Part shown: positions 8,408 through 16,915 of the stretch, in pieces
How the letters are laid out: the number at the start of each line of letters is the position of its first letter
Numbering within the stretch: the stretch's first letter is position 1
IMG/VR virus record: IMGVR_UViG_3300042905_003454
Location: 6,960-70,959 of that record
DNA: 64,000 nt
Strand: one strand, 5' to 3'
DNA from: a virus
Taxonomy: Duplodnaviria > Caudoviricetes
Notes under the pieces: model-generated
What the model was told of the DNA's origin: nothing
The model's database searches: none
What the model saw: the letters and a program-made list of their open reading frames with translations, nothing else
Program-made: the position numbers and the translations under genes

Positions 8408-10396
8408 TTAACCCGTTACAGTCCATCCCTTTGCGATTGCAATGCTTGGATTGTCTGATGCTGCTCCCCAATTATTTGTTACAGTTACTGTTCTAGTACC
8501 AGAACCAGAAGCACCGACTACTGCAAGACTTTCATAAAGTTCATTTAATGCAGTTCCAGATAACTTACAACCAGTTATATCTAAATTATATGCTGCTCCA
8601 GTAAATCCTTTTAAAGAACTTAAAGATCTTGCATTAGTAAACATGCCACTAAATACCGAAGCATAACCAGAACCAGTCAATCCAGAAACATCTAATGGCG
8701 GAACCTGAATTAGCGAACCACAATCAAAAAACATGTTGTTGAATCCACTAGTATTAAAAGTGGCCATAGATGCTCCCCGAGCTAATGTCAGTCCTTTTAT
8801 TCTCACTAAATTAATACAAGCTCTAAACATTGAATTTGCATTTAAAGCATTTGGAGCATCTATTTCCGGTGCTTCTATTAAATTTCCATTAAATTGAAAA
8901 AATTGAGCAACTGAAGTTGCATTTGGCAAATTAAAAAATGTATTTCCTATCGTAGATAGTGAAGTCCCATAAAAAAGCCCACCAAAATTTGTTGCATTAA
9001 AGTTTATAGGTAATTCTGGAAGAGTTAAAAGAGAAACACATCCAGTAAACATCTGTTCGTAATTTGTTGCTTTAGATAAATTTAAATTATTTATTTTTCT
9101 TAATACCGCACAACTATTAAAAGTATAGAAAAAATTAGTTACATTACTAGTATCTGTAAATGTTATCTCTTCTATTGAAGTACCATACGCAAACATCAAT
9201 CCGAGAGATGTTGTACTCTTAGTATCCACAATTAATTTTTGTAATCTTTGACAATTACCAAAGCAAAAAGTAAAATCCGTTACTTTGCCTGTGTTTAATG
9301 GAGGATATTCCTCTAAACTTTGGCAAAAATTAAAAGTTCTATTCATACTAGTAACATTACTAACATTTAAAAATGGTATTTTTCTAAGATTATAACAACT
9401 TGAAAATGTACTAGATAAATTAGTTACTTTTGAAAAATCCATCCAAGGAATTGTTTTAATTAATGTACAAAAGGTAAACATTCCAGAAGCATCAGTTACA
9501 TTTGATGTATCTAAAAATGGAATTTCTGTTAAACTTCTACAATTTGAATATAAATTTCCCATACTTGTTACCTTACTTGTATTAGATAATTTTGGGGAAT
9601 TTAACAAATTAAAGCAGTTTTGAAACAAAGAACTCAAATTTGTTGCGCTGTTTGTATTTAAATCTGGAATTTTTTGTATAGATACACAACTACTAAACAT
9701 ACCAGTTAAATTAGTACCTTTTTCAGTATAATTTTCTGGTAAAATTAGATTTTTTAATTTTCTTGCATTTTCAAATTGACCACTAAAAGATGTTATATTA
9801 TTATTTCCAATAAATTCGTACTGCTCTAACATTATAGGCCAAACACCCGGATTCGCTGATGTGCCTATTTGAATTGTGGATAAATTTGAACCTGCTATTC
9901 TTATATTTAACCACTGATTTTGATAAGTAGATAAATTTGATTGATTGTGTTTTGTTGTAAGATTTATAGAAGTTAAATTTGCAGCACCTGTTGGTGTTAT
10001 CGTAATCACTAGCGTTTTGTAATCATTATATACGGTAGATGTTAGACCAGCATATGTTGAAGTGTCGTATCGTTTGTAAGCGGCCGATCCAGAAGAAAAA
10101 CTTCCAGTAGTTCCGTCACCCCAATCTACTGTATAATTTCCAGCAACTGTAAATGCAACAAAGTTAGAATCGTTATTAAAAACAGCAAACACTCCTGCAA
10201 ATTTTTGTTCTCCTGCTGTTATAGAGGGAAGAGAAACCCATTCTGTTGGTCTCACATAAGGAGTTAAAGTTAGTCCTTGTAAATATGTTCCGACATTTCT
10301 TGAATAATTTTGAGACGCAGAAATTATATTATTCATTTCTAAGTAGTCTTCACGACCAACAGCACCACCATTCCATCTATTTTGCCTTGTTTTCAT
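8408..10396 (-). CDS. DUF285/BspA-like leucine-rich-repeat protein, cassette copy 2, gene B
   Basis: Many ~22-25 aa repeats (TSxVTxMxxMFxxCxxL), PKD-like VDWGDG, C-terminal AKGWTV; likely start at the ATGA overlap at 10396. Confidence 0.8.
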   Translation of the reverse strand: MKTRQNRWNGGAVGREDYLEMNNIISASQNYSRNVGTYLQGLTLTPYVRPTEWVSLPSITAGEQKFAGVFAVFNNDSNFVAFTVAGNYTVDWGDGTTGSFSSGSAAYKRYDTSTYAGLTSTVYNDYKTLVITITPTGAANLTSINLTTKHNQSNLSTYQNQWLNIRIAGSNLSTIQIGTSANPGVWPIMLEQYEFIGNNNITSFSGQFENARKLKNLILPENYTEKGTNLTGMFSSCVSIQKIPDLNTNSATNLSSLFQNCFNLLNSPKLSNTSKVTSMGNLYSNCRSLTEIPFLDTSNVTDASGMFTFCTLIKTIPWMDFSKVTNLSSTFSSCYNLRKIPFLNVSNVTSMNRTFNFCQSLEEYPPLNTGKVTDFTFCFGNCQRLQKLIVDTKSTTSLGLMFAYGTSIEEITFTDTSNVTNFFYTFNSCAVLRKINNLNLSKATNYEQMFTGCVSLLTLPELPINFNATNFGGLFYGTSLSTIGNTFFNLPNATSVAQFFQFNGNLIEAPEIDAPNALNANSMFRACINLVRIKGLTLARGASMATFNTSGFNNMFFDCGSLIQVPPLDVSGLTGSGYASVFSGMFTNARSLSSLKGFTGAAYNLDITGCKLSGTALNELYESLAVVGASGSGTRTVTVTNNWGAASDNPSIAIAKGWTVTG

Positions 10397-10575
10397 AACA
10401 TCCAATGCCTCGGTATACTTGTACCAGTTACATCACCAGTAAGACCATTAAAAGTTGAAACGTATGCGGTAATACCACTTCCAATTGAAATCCAAGCAGA
10501 CCCATTCCATTGCCATGTAAGGCCATTGAAGGTGTAGGTCTGATTAAGAGATGGAGAATCTGGAAAGTCAATCAT
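10393..10575 (-). CDS. 60-aa mini fibre/adaptor protein, cassette copy 2, gene A
   Basis: DFP.SP...YTF.G..WQWNG.AW shared with the N-terminus of 12719..13534; the C-terminal P..W.L is also shared. Confidence 0.65.
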   Translation of the reverse strand: MIDFPDSPSLNQTYTFNGLTWQWNGSAWISIGSGITAYVSTFNGLTGDVTGTSIPRHWML

Positions 10576-10579
10576 TGCG

Positions 10580-10906
10580 TTAAGTTATTTCAAGATAAGA
10601 TAAAACTATGTCTGTTGCATTTAATGCAGATGTTTGTGCATTTATTCTATCATTTGCTTCTAATACAATTGGTTCGGTAATTGGTTGAAATGAAGTTTGA
10701 ATTGGAACTATAGCATTTTTAATTAAATATGCTGCTGTACCTCCACTTGACCCAACAGAAATGCTTACATTTATTGCATCAGCAGTTCCGGTGTTGGCAA
10801 TATAAACACTCTTGACTAAAGTAGTCACACCCAATCCAGTAGTGTACAAATTTGTATCGGCAGTTGTTCCAAGATTAAAAAATGAGGATTTGAATGTATT
10901 TGGCAT
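10580..10906 (-). CDS. small beta-rich virion protein, cassette copy 1, gene D
   Basis: Paralog of 7804..8124. Confidence 0.7.
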   Translation of the reverse strand: MPNTFKSSFFNLGTTADTNLYTTGLGVTTLVKSVYIANTGTADAINVSISVGSSGGTAAYLIKNAIVPIQTSFQPITEPIVLEANDRINAQTSALNATDIVLSYLEIT

Positions 10907-10907
10907 T

Positions 10908-11138
10908 TTATTCTTCTAAATTATTTATGTTTGATTGAAAAGGAAAATTTATTGCATGTACCACAGAAATATCAAAATTTTCTGCTGCTTGTGCTTCTTC
11001 TGCTGAATTATACCAAGTCCATCCATGTATTGGATACTGATATGTGTCCTTTTCTTCGGCTTTTAATACATAATTAGGAGCATATATTGCAATTTTTGCA
11101 TAATCTCCATTTTTATTGTAAAATCCAGCAGTGCTCAT
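10908..11138 (-). CDS. small protein, cassette copy 1, gene C
   Basis: Paralog of 8143..8397; likely start MSTAGFY at an ATGA overlap. Confidence 0.65.
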   Translation of the reverse strand: MSTAGFYNKNGDYAKIAIYAPNYVLKAEEKDTYQYPIHGWTWYNSAEEAQAAENFDISVVHAINFPFQSNINNLEE

Positions 11139-12715
11139 AATGTGATAGTCCATCCTTTGGCTGTTGCTCCAGCTATTTGACCTGCGGTTATGCCAGATGC
11201 ACCCGGATTTCCAGTTATTATAAGTGTTGCCGAAGGTCCAGAAATTCCTGTCAATCCTGCAAATACTTCAGAGAGTGCCGTAAATCCAAAACGACAATTC
11301 AACAAACTCATCGAAACTCTAAGATTTTTAACTGGAAAAGATTCTAAATTATAACAAAAATATGTAAATCTTTGTTGTTCTCCAGAACCGGAATCAACAA
11401 CTGCGATATTATTAAAATTCATTGATGGTAATTTTTTTAAACTATAACAAGTACTAAACATTCCAGCCAAAGTCGCATTGTTTCCAAAAGTATAGCCCGG
11501 AACATTTTCTAATACTTGATTACTAAAAAACATTGATGTCGCAGTTGTGCAATTTCTTAAATCTAATGTTGGTGCCGTTTTTAATCTTGTTCCACTAAAA
11601 GCTGAATTTGCATTTACTATTCCAGTACCACCTGTTATGGTTCCAAGTTTTTCTAAAGAAACACAATTCAAAAACATATTTTGAATTGTTGTTATTTTGG
11701 GAATAAAAATATCCCCTACTTCTTTTAAACTTGTATTTGATTGAAAACAAGAGGCCATTGTTGTCGCATTGGGTAAACTCAATCCCTTTACATATTCTAA
11801 TTTACTACAATTAGAAAAAATGGAATTACTATTTGATGACAATACTGGCATAGTAAGAACAAATGGACACGATTTTAAATCATAACATTCTTGAAAAATA
11901 CTTATAGCATTTGTAACACTTGAATAATTATAAGGTGGAACATTTAAAATTCCACTATTTCTAAAACTTGCATTCATAGATGTCACAAGAGAAGTTTCTA
12001 TGTATGGTGCTTGGCGTAAATTTTTATTATTTAAAAATGCTGATTGTATATTTGTGGGTCTCCAATTTGGTGGATAATATACTGATTCTAAATTTGGTGC
12101 ATTTAAAGAACGATCTAGAGCTGTTGATGTAGTCGGTAGCGCTGTGACATTTACTTTTTTTAACCATGGATTTGATGCACCAATTGTAACAAGAGTTAAT
12201 GATGTACATGATGGTAAATTACAAGTAAATTCAAGCCATTTTCCTTGCATGAATGTACTTGCACCAGTAACACCTTGAATTCCAAAATTTACTGATGTCA
12301 AATTTGATCCGCTTTGAGGAGTTACTGTGACTAAAACTTGTTTATAACCTAATGATGTAGTACCTGATGTCGTAGATATGGAGTTATAATTATATTGTTT
12401 TCTTGCTATTCCTGCAGAAGAAAAACTTCCAGTTGTACCATCACCCCAATTTACATTGTATGCTCCGGAACATTGCATGCCAATGCTGTTGGAGTCTAAT
12501 TCATCATCCGTAATTGCCAACAACCCATAAACAATTTGTTGGCCAGATGTGTAACCAGGAATTGAAAGCCATTCTATTGGTCTAACCCAATCAGTTCCAA
12601 TATTCCAATTATTTATTTCTTCATTCAAATATTGTTGACGACCATCAATTACTCCTTTTGGAGAAGTAATCTCATTTCTTCCTATGTAACCACGATTTCT
12701 TCCATTTGATGACAT
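11135..12715 (-). CDS. DUF285/BspA-like leucine-rich-repeat protein, cassette copy 1, gene B
   Basis: VRPIEW, VNWGDGTTGSFSS, LRR-like repeats, AKGWTITL; paralog of 8408..10396. Confidence 0.8.
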   Translation of the reverse strand: MSSNGRNRGYIGRNEITSPKGVIDGRQQYLNEEINNWNIGTDWVRPIEWLSIPGYTSGQQIVYGLLAITDDELDSNSIGMQCSGAYNVNWGDGTTGSFSSAGIARKQYNYNSISTTSGTTSLGYKQVLVTVTPQSGSNLTSVNFGIQGVTGASTFMQGKWLEFTCNLPSCTSLTLVTIGASNPWLKKVNVTALPTTSTALDRSLNAPNLESVYYPPNWRPTNIQSAFLNNKNLRQAPYIETSLVTSMNASFRNSGILNVPPYNYSSVTNAISIFQECYDLKSCPFVLTMPVLSSNSNSIFSNCSKLEYVKGLSLPNATTMASCFQSNTSLKEVGDIFIPKITTIQNMFLNCVSLEKLGTITGGTGIVNANSAFSGTRLKTAPTLDLRNCTTATSMFFSNQVLENVPGYTFGNNATLAGMFSTCYSLKKLPSMNFNNIAVVDSGSGEQQRFTYFCYNLESFPVKNLRVSMSLLNCRFGFTALSEVFAGLTGISGPSATLIITGNPGASGITAGQIAGATAKGWTITL

Positions 12716-12718
12716 ATA

Positions 12719-13534
12719 TTAAACTCCTAGGAACCAAAGTATCGGCAATACATTTGCTTCTGGACCAGTTGCACCTGCAGGACCAGCAGGACCCGCAAAC
12801 TCAACCCAAATTGCAGTTGCACCGTCATTTACGCCAGTAAATAATTTTCCAAGACCTGTGTTATACCATCTATCTCCTGCAGAGAATCCTGTTGGTGCAG
12901 TTGCCCCTTGATAGAATGCATAACTTGTTCCACCCGCACCAGAAGCCGTGGAAGCAATCGTAAGAGTATTTCCGGAAGGAGTTATGGTTATATTGCTGCC
13001 TTGAGCGAGGCCAACATTTCCACTTAAACCATTCAAAGTTATTACATAACTTCCAACTGGTCCAGTAACTCCTTGTGGACCCGTTGGACCAGTGAAACCA
13101 GTAGATCCAATAGGACCTTGAATTCCCTGTGGACCTTGATCACCAGTGGGGCCAATAGGACCTTGAATTCCCTGTGGACCTTGATCACCAGTGGGGCCAA
13201 TAGGACCTTGAATTCCCTGTGGACCTTGATCACCAGTGAAACCAGTAGGTCCAATAGGACCTTGAATTCCCTGTGGACCTTGATCACCAGTAGGACCAGT
13301 TGGTCCCATGGCACCAGTTCCCGTATAACTTATTGTTATATTATTAGAAGATCCGGAAACACCAATAAATGTGCTTCCAAGAATATTGATGCTTCCCGTA
13401 AATCCATTTAAAAACGTAACTGCGTTGGCTGCTGTTGCATAGACATCCCAAGCAGTTCCATTCCACTGCCAAGAACGACCTCCAAAAGTGTATATGTCAC
13501 CGGGTGATGGGGATGTTGGAAAATCTAGTGGCAT
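12719..13534 (-). CDS. collagen triple-helix repeat fibre protein, cassette copy 1, gene A
   Basis: Continuous G-X-Y run (GPTGDQGPQGIQGPI); CTAAATA late promoter 7 nt upstream. Confidence 0.85.
   Translation of the reverse strand: MPLDFPTSPSPGDIYTFGGRSWQWNGTAWDVYATAANAVTFLNGFTGSINILGSTFIGVSGSSNNITISYTGTGAMGPTGPTGDQGPQGIQGPIGPTGFTGDQGPQGIQGPIGPTGDQGPQGIQGPIGPTGDQGPQGIQGPIGSTGFTGPTGPQGVTGPVGSYVITLNGLSGNVGLAQGSNITITPSGNTLTIASTASGAGGTSYAFYQGATAPTGFSAGDRWYNTGLGKLFTGVNDGATAIWVEFAGPAGPAGATGPEANVLPILWFLGV
13107..13291. repeat. four exact copies of a 41-bp unit within the collagen segment
   Basis: ccaataggaccttgaattccctgtggaccttgatcaccagt at 13107, 13152, 13197 and 13251 (periods 45, 45, 54). Confidence 0.9.
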
Positions 13535-13544
13535 GTCTTAATAT

Positions 13545-14795
13545 TTAGATGATTTCGAACCAAGAAAGATCTGTATAACCTTGTGTGTTATTTGTCGTAG
13601 GAACCAGTACGAGAACAAATGTATCGCTTACTCCCAGTTGTGTTCTTCCTATTTGAAAATTAAAATCATTTATGCTAGATACATCCAAGGTTCCGCTGCT
13701 ACTTATATATCCACCGACAATATCAGTCCCACCAGTAACCCCTGTAGCCGTAATATTATATTGAACATTTCCATTGTAATGTGTTGTCCAAGTGTTTCCC
13801 GTTAAAGTTGGATTTAATAAAATTCTGTATTGCACTACTAATGGTTTGTTGCTTCCTGACGGTTCTATTGCCACACTAATATTTGACGGTACAATAATAC
13901 TATCCAATCTATCGGGGGCCAATCGTATTGCAACCAGTGGATATTGAGTTCCTGCTGTTGTTAAAGTATGGGGTGTAGTTCCACTATGTGTTATATTATA
14001 TCTTCTGCTGAATCCTTCATATCCACCTTCAGACAATATCGTTGAGCAAATTTGTTTCATGGTACTGCTTGTTGCTTGGCTAGAAGTATTTTCAATTTCA
14101 TATCTCAAAGGCAAACATGCAGTTGTCATATAGGTTGTGGAATTTTTATTCGTATTGTAGAATGTATGTGCTACAATGGGTTTTCCGTCTATAAAAAATC
14201 CAGTTCGAACATCACCCACACCCAACCATTCGACATCCATCCAAAAAATATTTCCTTTTGTTACATCTAAAGTTACACCAGAAGAACCAGATCCATCAAA
14301 TCGATCACTGTTCCAGTTTGATTGTGGTACTGTTTGTGTTGTATTTAAAGAAGCCGAAGCCAAGCAAAGAGATAGAGTAAGACCATCTTGTTGTAAATAT
14401 ACTCCATTATAAGGTGTTGCTCCAGTAAAACCACCAGTAACTCCGAAGTAACCAACTCTTTGTCTCAAACCATTTTTTGGTTGAGACATTGCAAATGTGT
14501 TTATTATTGTAAGAGACTTTCCTGGTTGATATGGAAATACCTTTTTTGTTTCAGAATACAGTTTGGATCCCACTGTCAGTCCTGAAGTTAATGATACTGT
14601 GCTTTCTGTCATATTATGAGAATATGTTCCGCCAGTTGCACCTCTGTAATCCCATTTGTCACTTACTTGGTATCTTTGTTGACTGTCAAACAAGGTAAAA
14701 GGATTGCTAACTTTTAGACGATTGAATGCATCAACTGCATTTCCCTTGAATCCGATTTGATCATTGAATAGGTATGACATTATATTATTCTCCAT
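13545..14795 (-). CDS. probable virion structural protein (beta-rich)
   Basis: 416-aa Thr/Gly-rich ORF within the fibre operon (DAFNRLKVSNPFTLFDS, WLGVGDVR); start may be 14780. Confidence 0.6.
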   Translation of the reverse strand: MENNIMSYLFNDQIGFKGNAVDAFNRLKVSNPFTLFDSQQRYQVSDKWDYRGATGGTYSHNMTESTVSLTSGLTVGSKLYSETKKVFPYQPGKSLTIINTFAMSQPKNGLRQRVGYFGVTGGFTGATPYNGVYLQQDGLTLSLCLASASLNTTQTVPQSNWNSDRFDGSGSSGVTLDVTKGNIFWMDVEWLGVGDVRTGFFIDGKPIVAHTFYNTNKNSTTYMTTACLPLRYEIENTSSQATSSTMKQICSTILSEGGYEGFSRRYNITHSGTTPHTLTTAGTQYPLVAIRLAPDRLDSIIVPSNISVAIEPSGSNKPLVVQYRILLNPTLTGNTWTTHYNGNVQYNITATGVTGGTDIVGGYISSSGTLDVSSINDFNFQIGRTQLGVSDTFVLVLVPTTNNTQGYTDLSWFEII

Positions 14796-16897
14796 CCATT
14801 TCTGTAAATGAAATGTAAGCCCCCATTGTTTATGTTTAATATTGCAGAAGATTGATTATCAATTGTTTGTGATGAGGTTGCACCAACAATTGTTATATAT
14901 CTGCTTGCTCCACTTCCCGCATTGCCAGATTCATCCTTGACAACAATTTGTCTTCCTGTTTCTGGATTTGTTGGAAGTGTAATAGTAACTGGACCACCAT
15001 AACTCACACCAATGTAATAATCCAATGGTGTTGCTGAATATGAAGAGCCCGTGACGGAAGTTGTGGTGAGAATTGATGATACACCACCAGAAGTTGTTGC
15101 TGTATTTGTTGGTTGGACCCATTGAGAACCGTTTCCATCATTGATGTAAACATACTCAATACCATTGTCAGAATCCATCCACCTGTCGCCTTGGGTTATT
15201 CCAGATGGTGATGCAGACTGATAATAAAATCTATTTGCTGCTGAAGATTGTGTTGATCCATCAGCGAATGCTATAAAAGCTCCTGTTGTAGTTCCAATCA
15301 CCAATCCCTTTGGAATTTCAAGGTTTTGAGTTGTTGTGTCTAATTTAAAATTTGCTTGTGCAGCTAATCTCGCTGTACTTGAATCTCTATATTGAACTGA
15401 ACCACCAATAGATTTTGGTAGATCGGTAACTTCAATTTTTAAAACACCAATTCCACTAGAAGGATCTATTGTTAGACTTCCATTTGGAGATGCAATAGAT
15501 TGAACATAATTGCCTACTGGTCCTGTTGGACCTTGAGCACCAGTGGCACCTTGAGGACCAGTGGGGCCTTGAATTCCTGCAGTTCCTTGGGAACCAGTAG
15601 GACCTTGAGCACCAGTGGGACCTTGAGGACCAGTAGGACCTTGAGAACCACCTCCTCCACCCCCACACAATCCACTCAAATCAATGTCAACATTTTTTCT
15701 TCTTCTTGTGATAGTGATTCCAGAACCAATGAAGTTCATGGTATCGACAGCACGAATAATCTTGTCACCGTTCAGAGCAACATCAACTGCACCTCCACCA
15801 CCCGGTGTTGCCATGGCAATTTGATTGATTGCTTTTTGAACATCATCATTTTTTAGTTTGTCAAGAACAGAAGAAACGTGTTCAGAGTTGAACGAAAGAA
15901 CACCATCTTCTAAGATCAGCGGAAACTGTGCTTCTACAATTCCGGGGTCGCCCTTGGGACCAGCAGGACCTTGAGAACCAGCAGGACCTTGTGGTCCTTT
16001 GGGACCGATTGGACCTTGTTGACCGATTGGTCCACGCTCTCCACGATCCCCCTTTTCTCCCTTGTCACCTCTTGGTCCCTGTGGACCCATGGGACCTTGA
16101 GGACCAATATCACCTTGTTCACCTTTTTCTCCCGGAATACCTTTGCGTCCTTGCGGGCCTTGCAAACCGCGTGGACCAACAGGACCAACTGGTCCTTCTT
16201 CTCCATGATCCCCTTTTTCTCCTTGAGGCCCAACTGGACCTTCAGGACCAACTTCTCCTTGTGGTCCAATAGGACCTTTAGGACCAACAGGACCTTGAGG
16301 ACCAGCAGGACCTCTTTCTCCTCTTGGGCCGACAGGACCTGGTTCACCTTGAATTCCTTGTGCACCAAATTGAGGAACGATTTCCCTGACAATTGTTTTT
16401 TCAACCAATTGAACTGGTTGTTGTACGACTGGTTGAGAAACAATCTTTGGTGTTTCTACAATCTCTTCTACGATATTTTTTATTTGTGAAGGATTTCCAA
16501 TAAATTTTACAATCTTATTGGTTTTTTGTTGTATAAAATATCTTTCAGAAACACCATGACCCAAATAAATTTTTTCATCTGGATGAACTGAATTTGTTTC
16601 CTTCAGAAGAGTATTCTTTTGAAGAGAACCAACAGGAAGTCTCAGACGAAATGAAGGCCCTTCAACATTCTCAAAGATGTATACAGGAATCAAAAGTTCC
16701 TTGATTTTTGATGAGTTTCCTTCAACTACAAATTCATGTCCATCTTTGTCTTTCAACAATACTTTGGTGATACCAACGCCAACAGAGACCTTTGTAGGAT
16801 TTCTTACAGATTCTACAATCTGATATTCACAACCTTCCACAAGTATTGGATGTGGTCGTGAAAGCCTTAAAGATGTCTTGTTCTTTCCAAAGAACAT
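14780..16897 (-). CDS. collagen triple-helix repeat protein (fibre)
   Basis: Two G-X-Y tracts, GDRW..W module, C-terminal ITLP...IVVKDESG..TID domain. Confidence 0.85.
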   Translation of the reverse strand: MFFGKNKTSLRLSRPHPILVEGCEYQIVESVRNPTKVSVGVGITKVLLKDKDGHEFVVEGNSSKIKELLIPVYIFENVEGPSFRLRLPVGSLQKNTLLKETNSVHPDEKIYLGHGVSERYFIQQKTNKIVKFIGNPSQIKNIVEEIVETPKIVSQPVVQQPVQLVEKTIVREIVPQFGAQGIQGEPGPVGPRGERGPAGPQGPVGPKGPIGPQGEVGPEGPVGPQGEKGDHGEEGPVGPVGPRGLQGPQGRKGIPGEKGEQGDIGPQGPMGPQGPRGDKGEKGDRGERGPIGQQGPIGPKGPQGPAGSQGPAGPKGDPGIVEAQFPLILEDGVLSFNSEHVSSVLDKLKNDDVQKAINQIAMATPGGGGAVDVALNGDKIIRAVDTMNFIGSGITITRRRKNVDIDLSGLCGGGGGGSQGPTGPQGPTGAQGPTGSQGTAGIQGPTGPQGATGAQGPTGPVGNYVQSIASPNGSLTIDPSSGIGVLKIEVTDLPKSIGGSVQYRDSSTARLAAQANFKLDTTTQNLEIPKGLVIGTTTGAFIAFADGSTQSSAANRFYYQSASPSGITQGDRWMDSDNGIEYVYINDGNGSQWVQPTNTATTSGGVSSILTTTSVTGSSYSATPLDYYIGVSYGGPVTITLPTNPETGRQIVVKDESGNAGSGASRYITIVGATSSQTIDNQSSAILNINNGGLHFIYRNGWRII

Positions 16898-16915
16898 GAT
16901 TTCCTTTATGTAGTC

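Noticed and set aside
10393-10575. Frameshifted pseudogene or fusion with the downstream LRR gene
   Set aside because: It retains both end motifs of its paralog and shows normal ATGA coupling, so it is more likely an intact mini-gene
8408-12715. Possible diversity-generating retroelement acting on the LRR paralogs
   Set aside because: No reverse transcriptase in the window and no near-identical template/variable repeat pair with adenine-specific differences
13107-13291. Direct repeats resembling a CRISPR mini-array
   Set aside because: The gaps are only 4-13 bp, the repeats are in frame in a collagen gene, and there are no unique spacers or cas genes
13042-16489. Several overlapping alternative-frame and antisense ORFs with repetitive translations
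   Set aside because: Shadows of the G-X-Y collagen codon periodicity; no start signals
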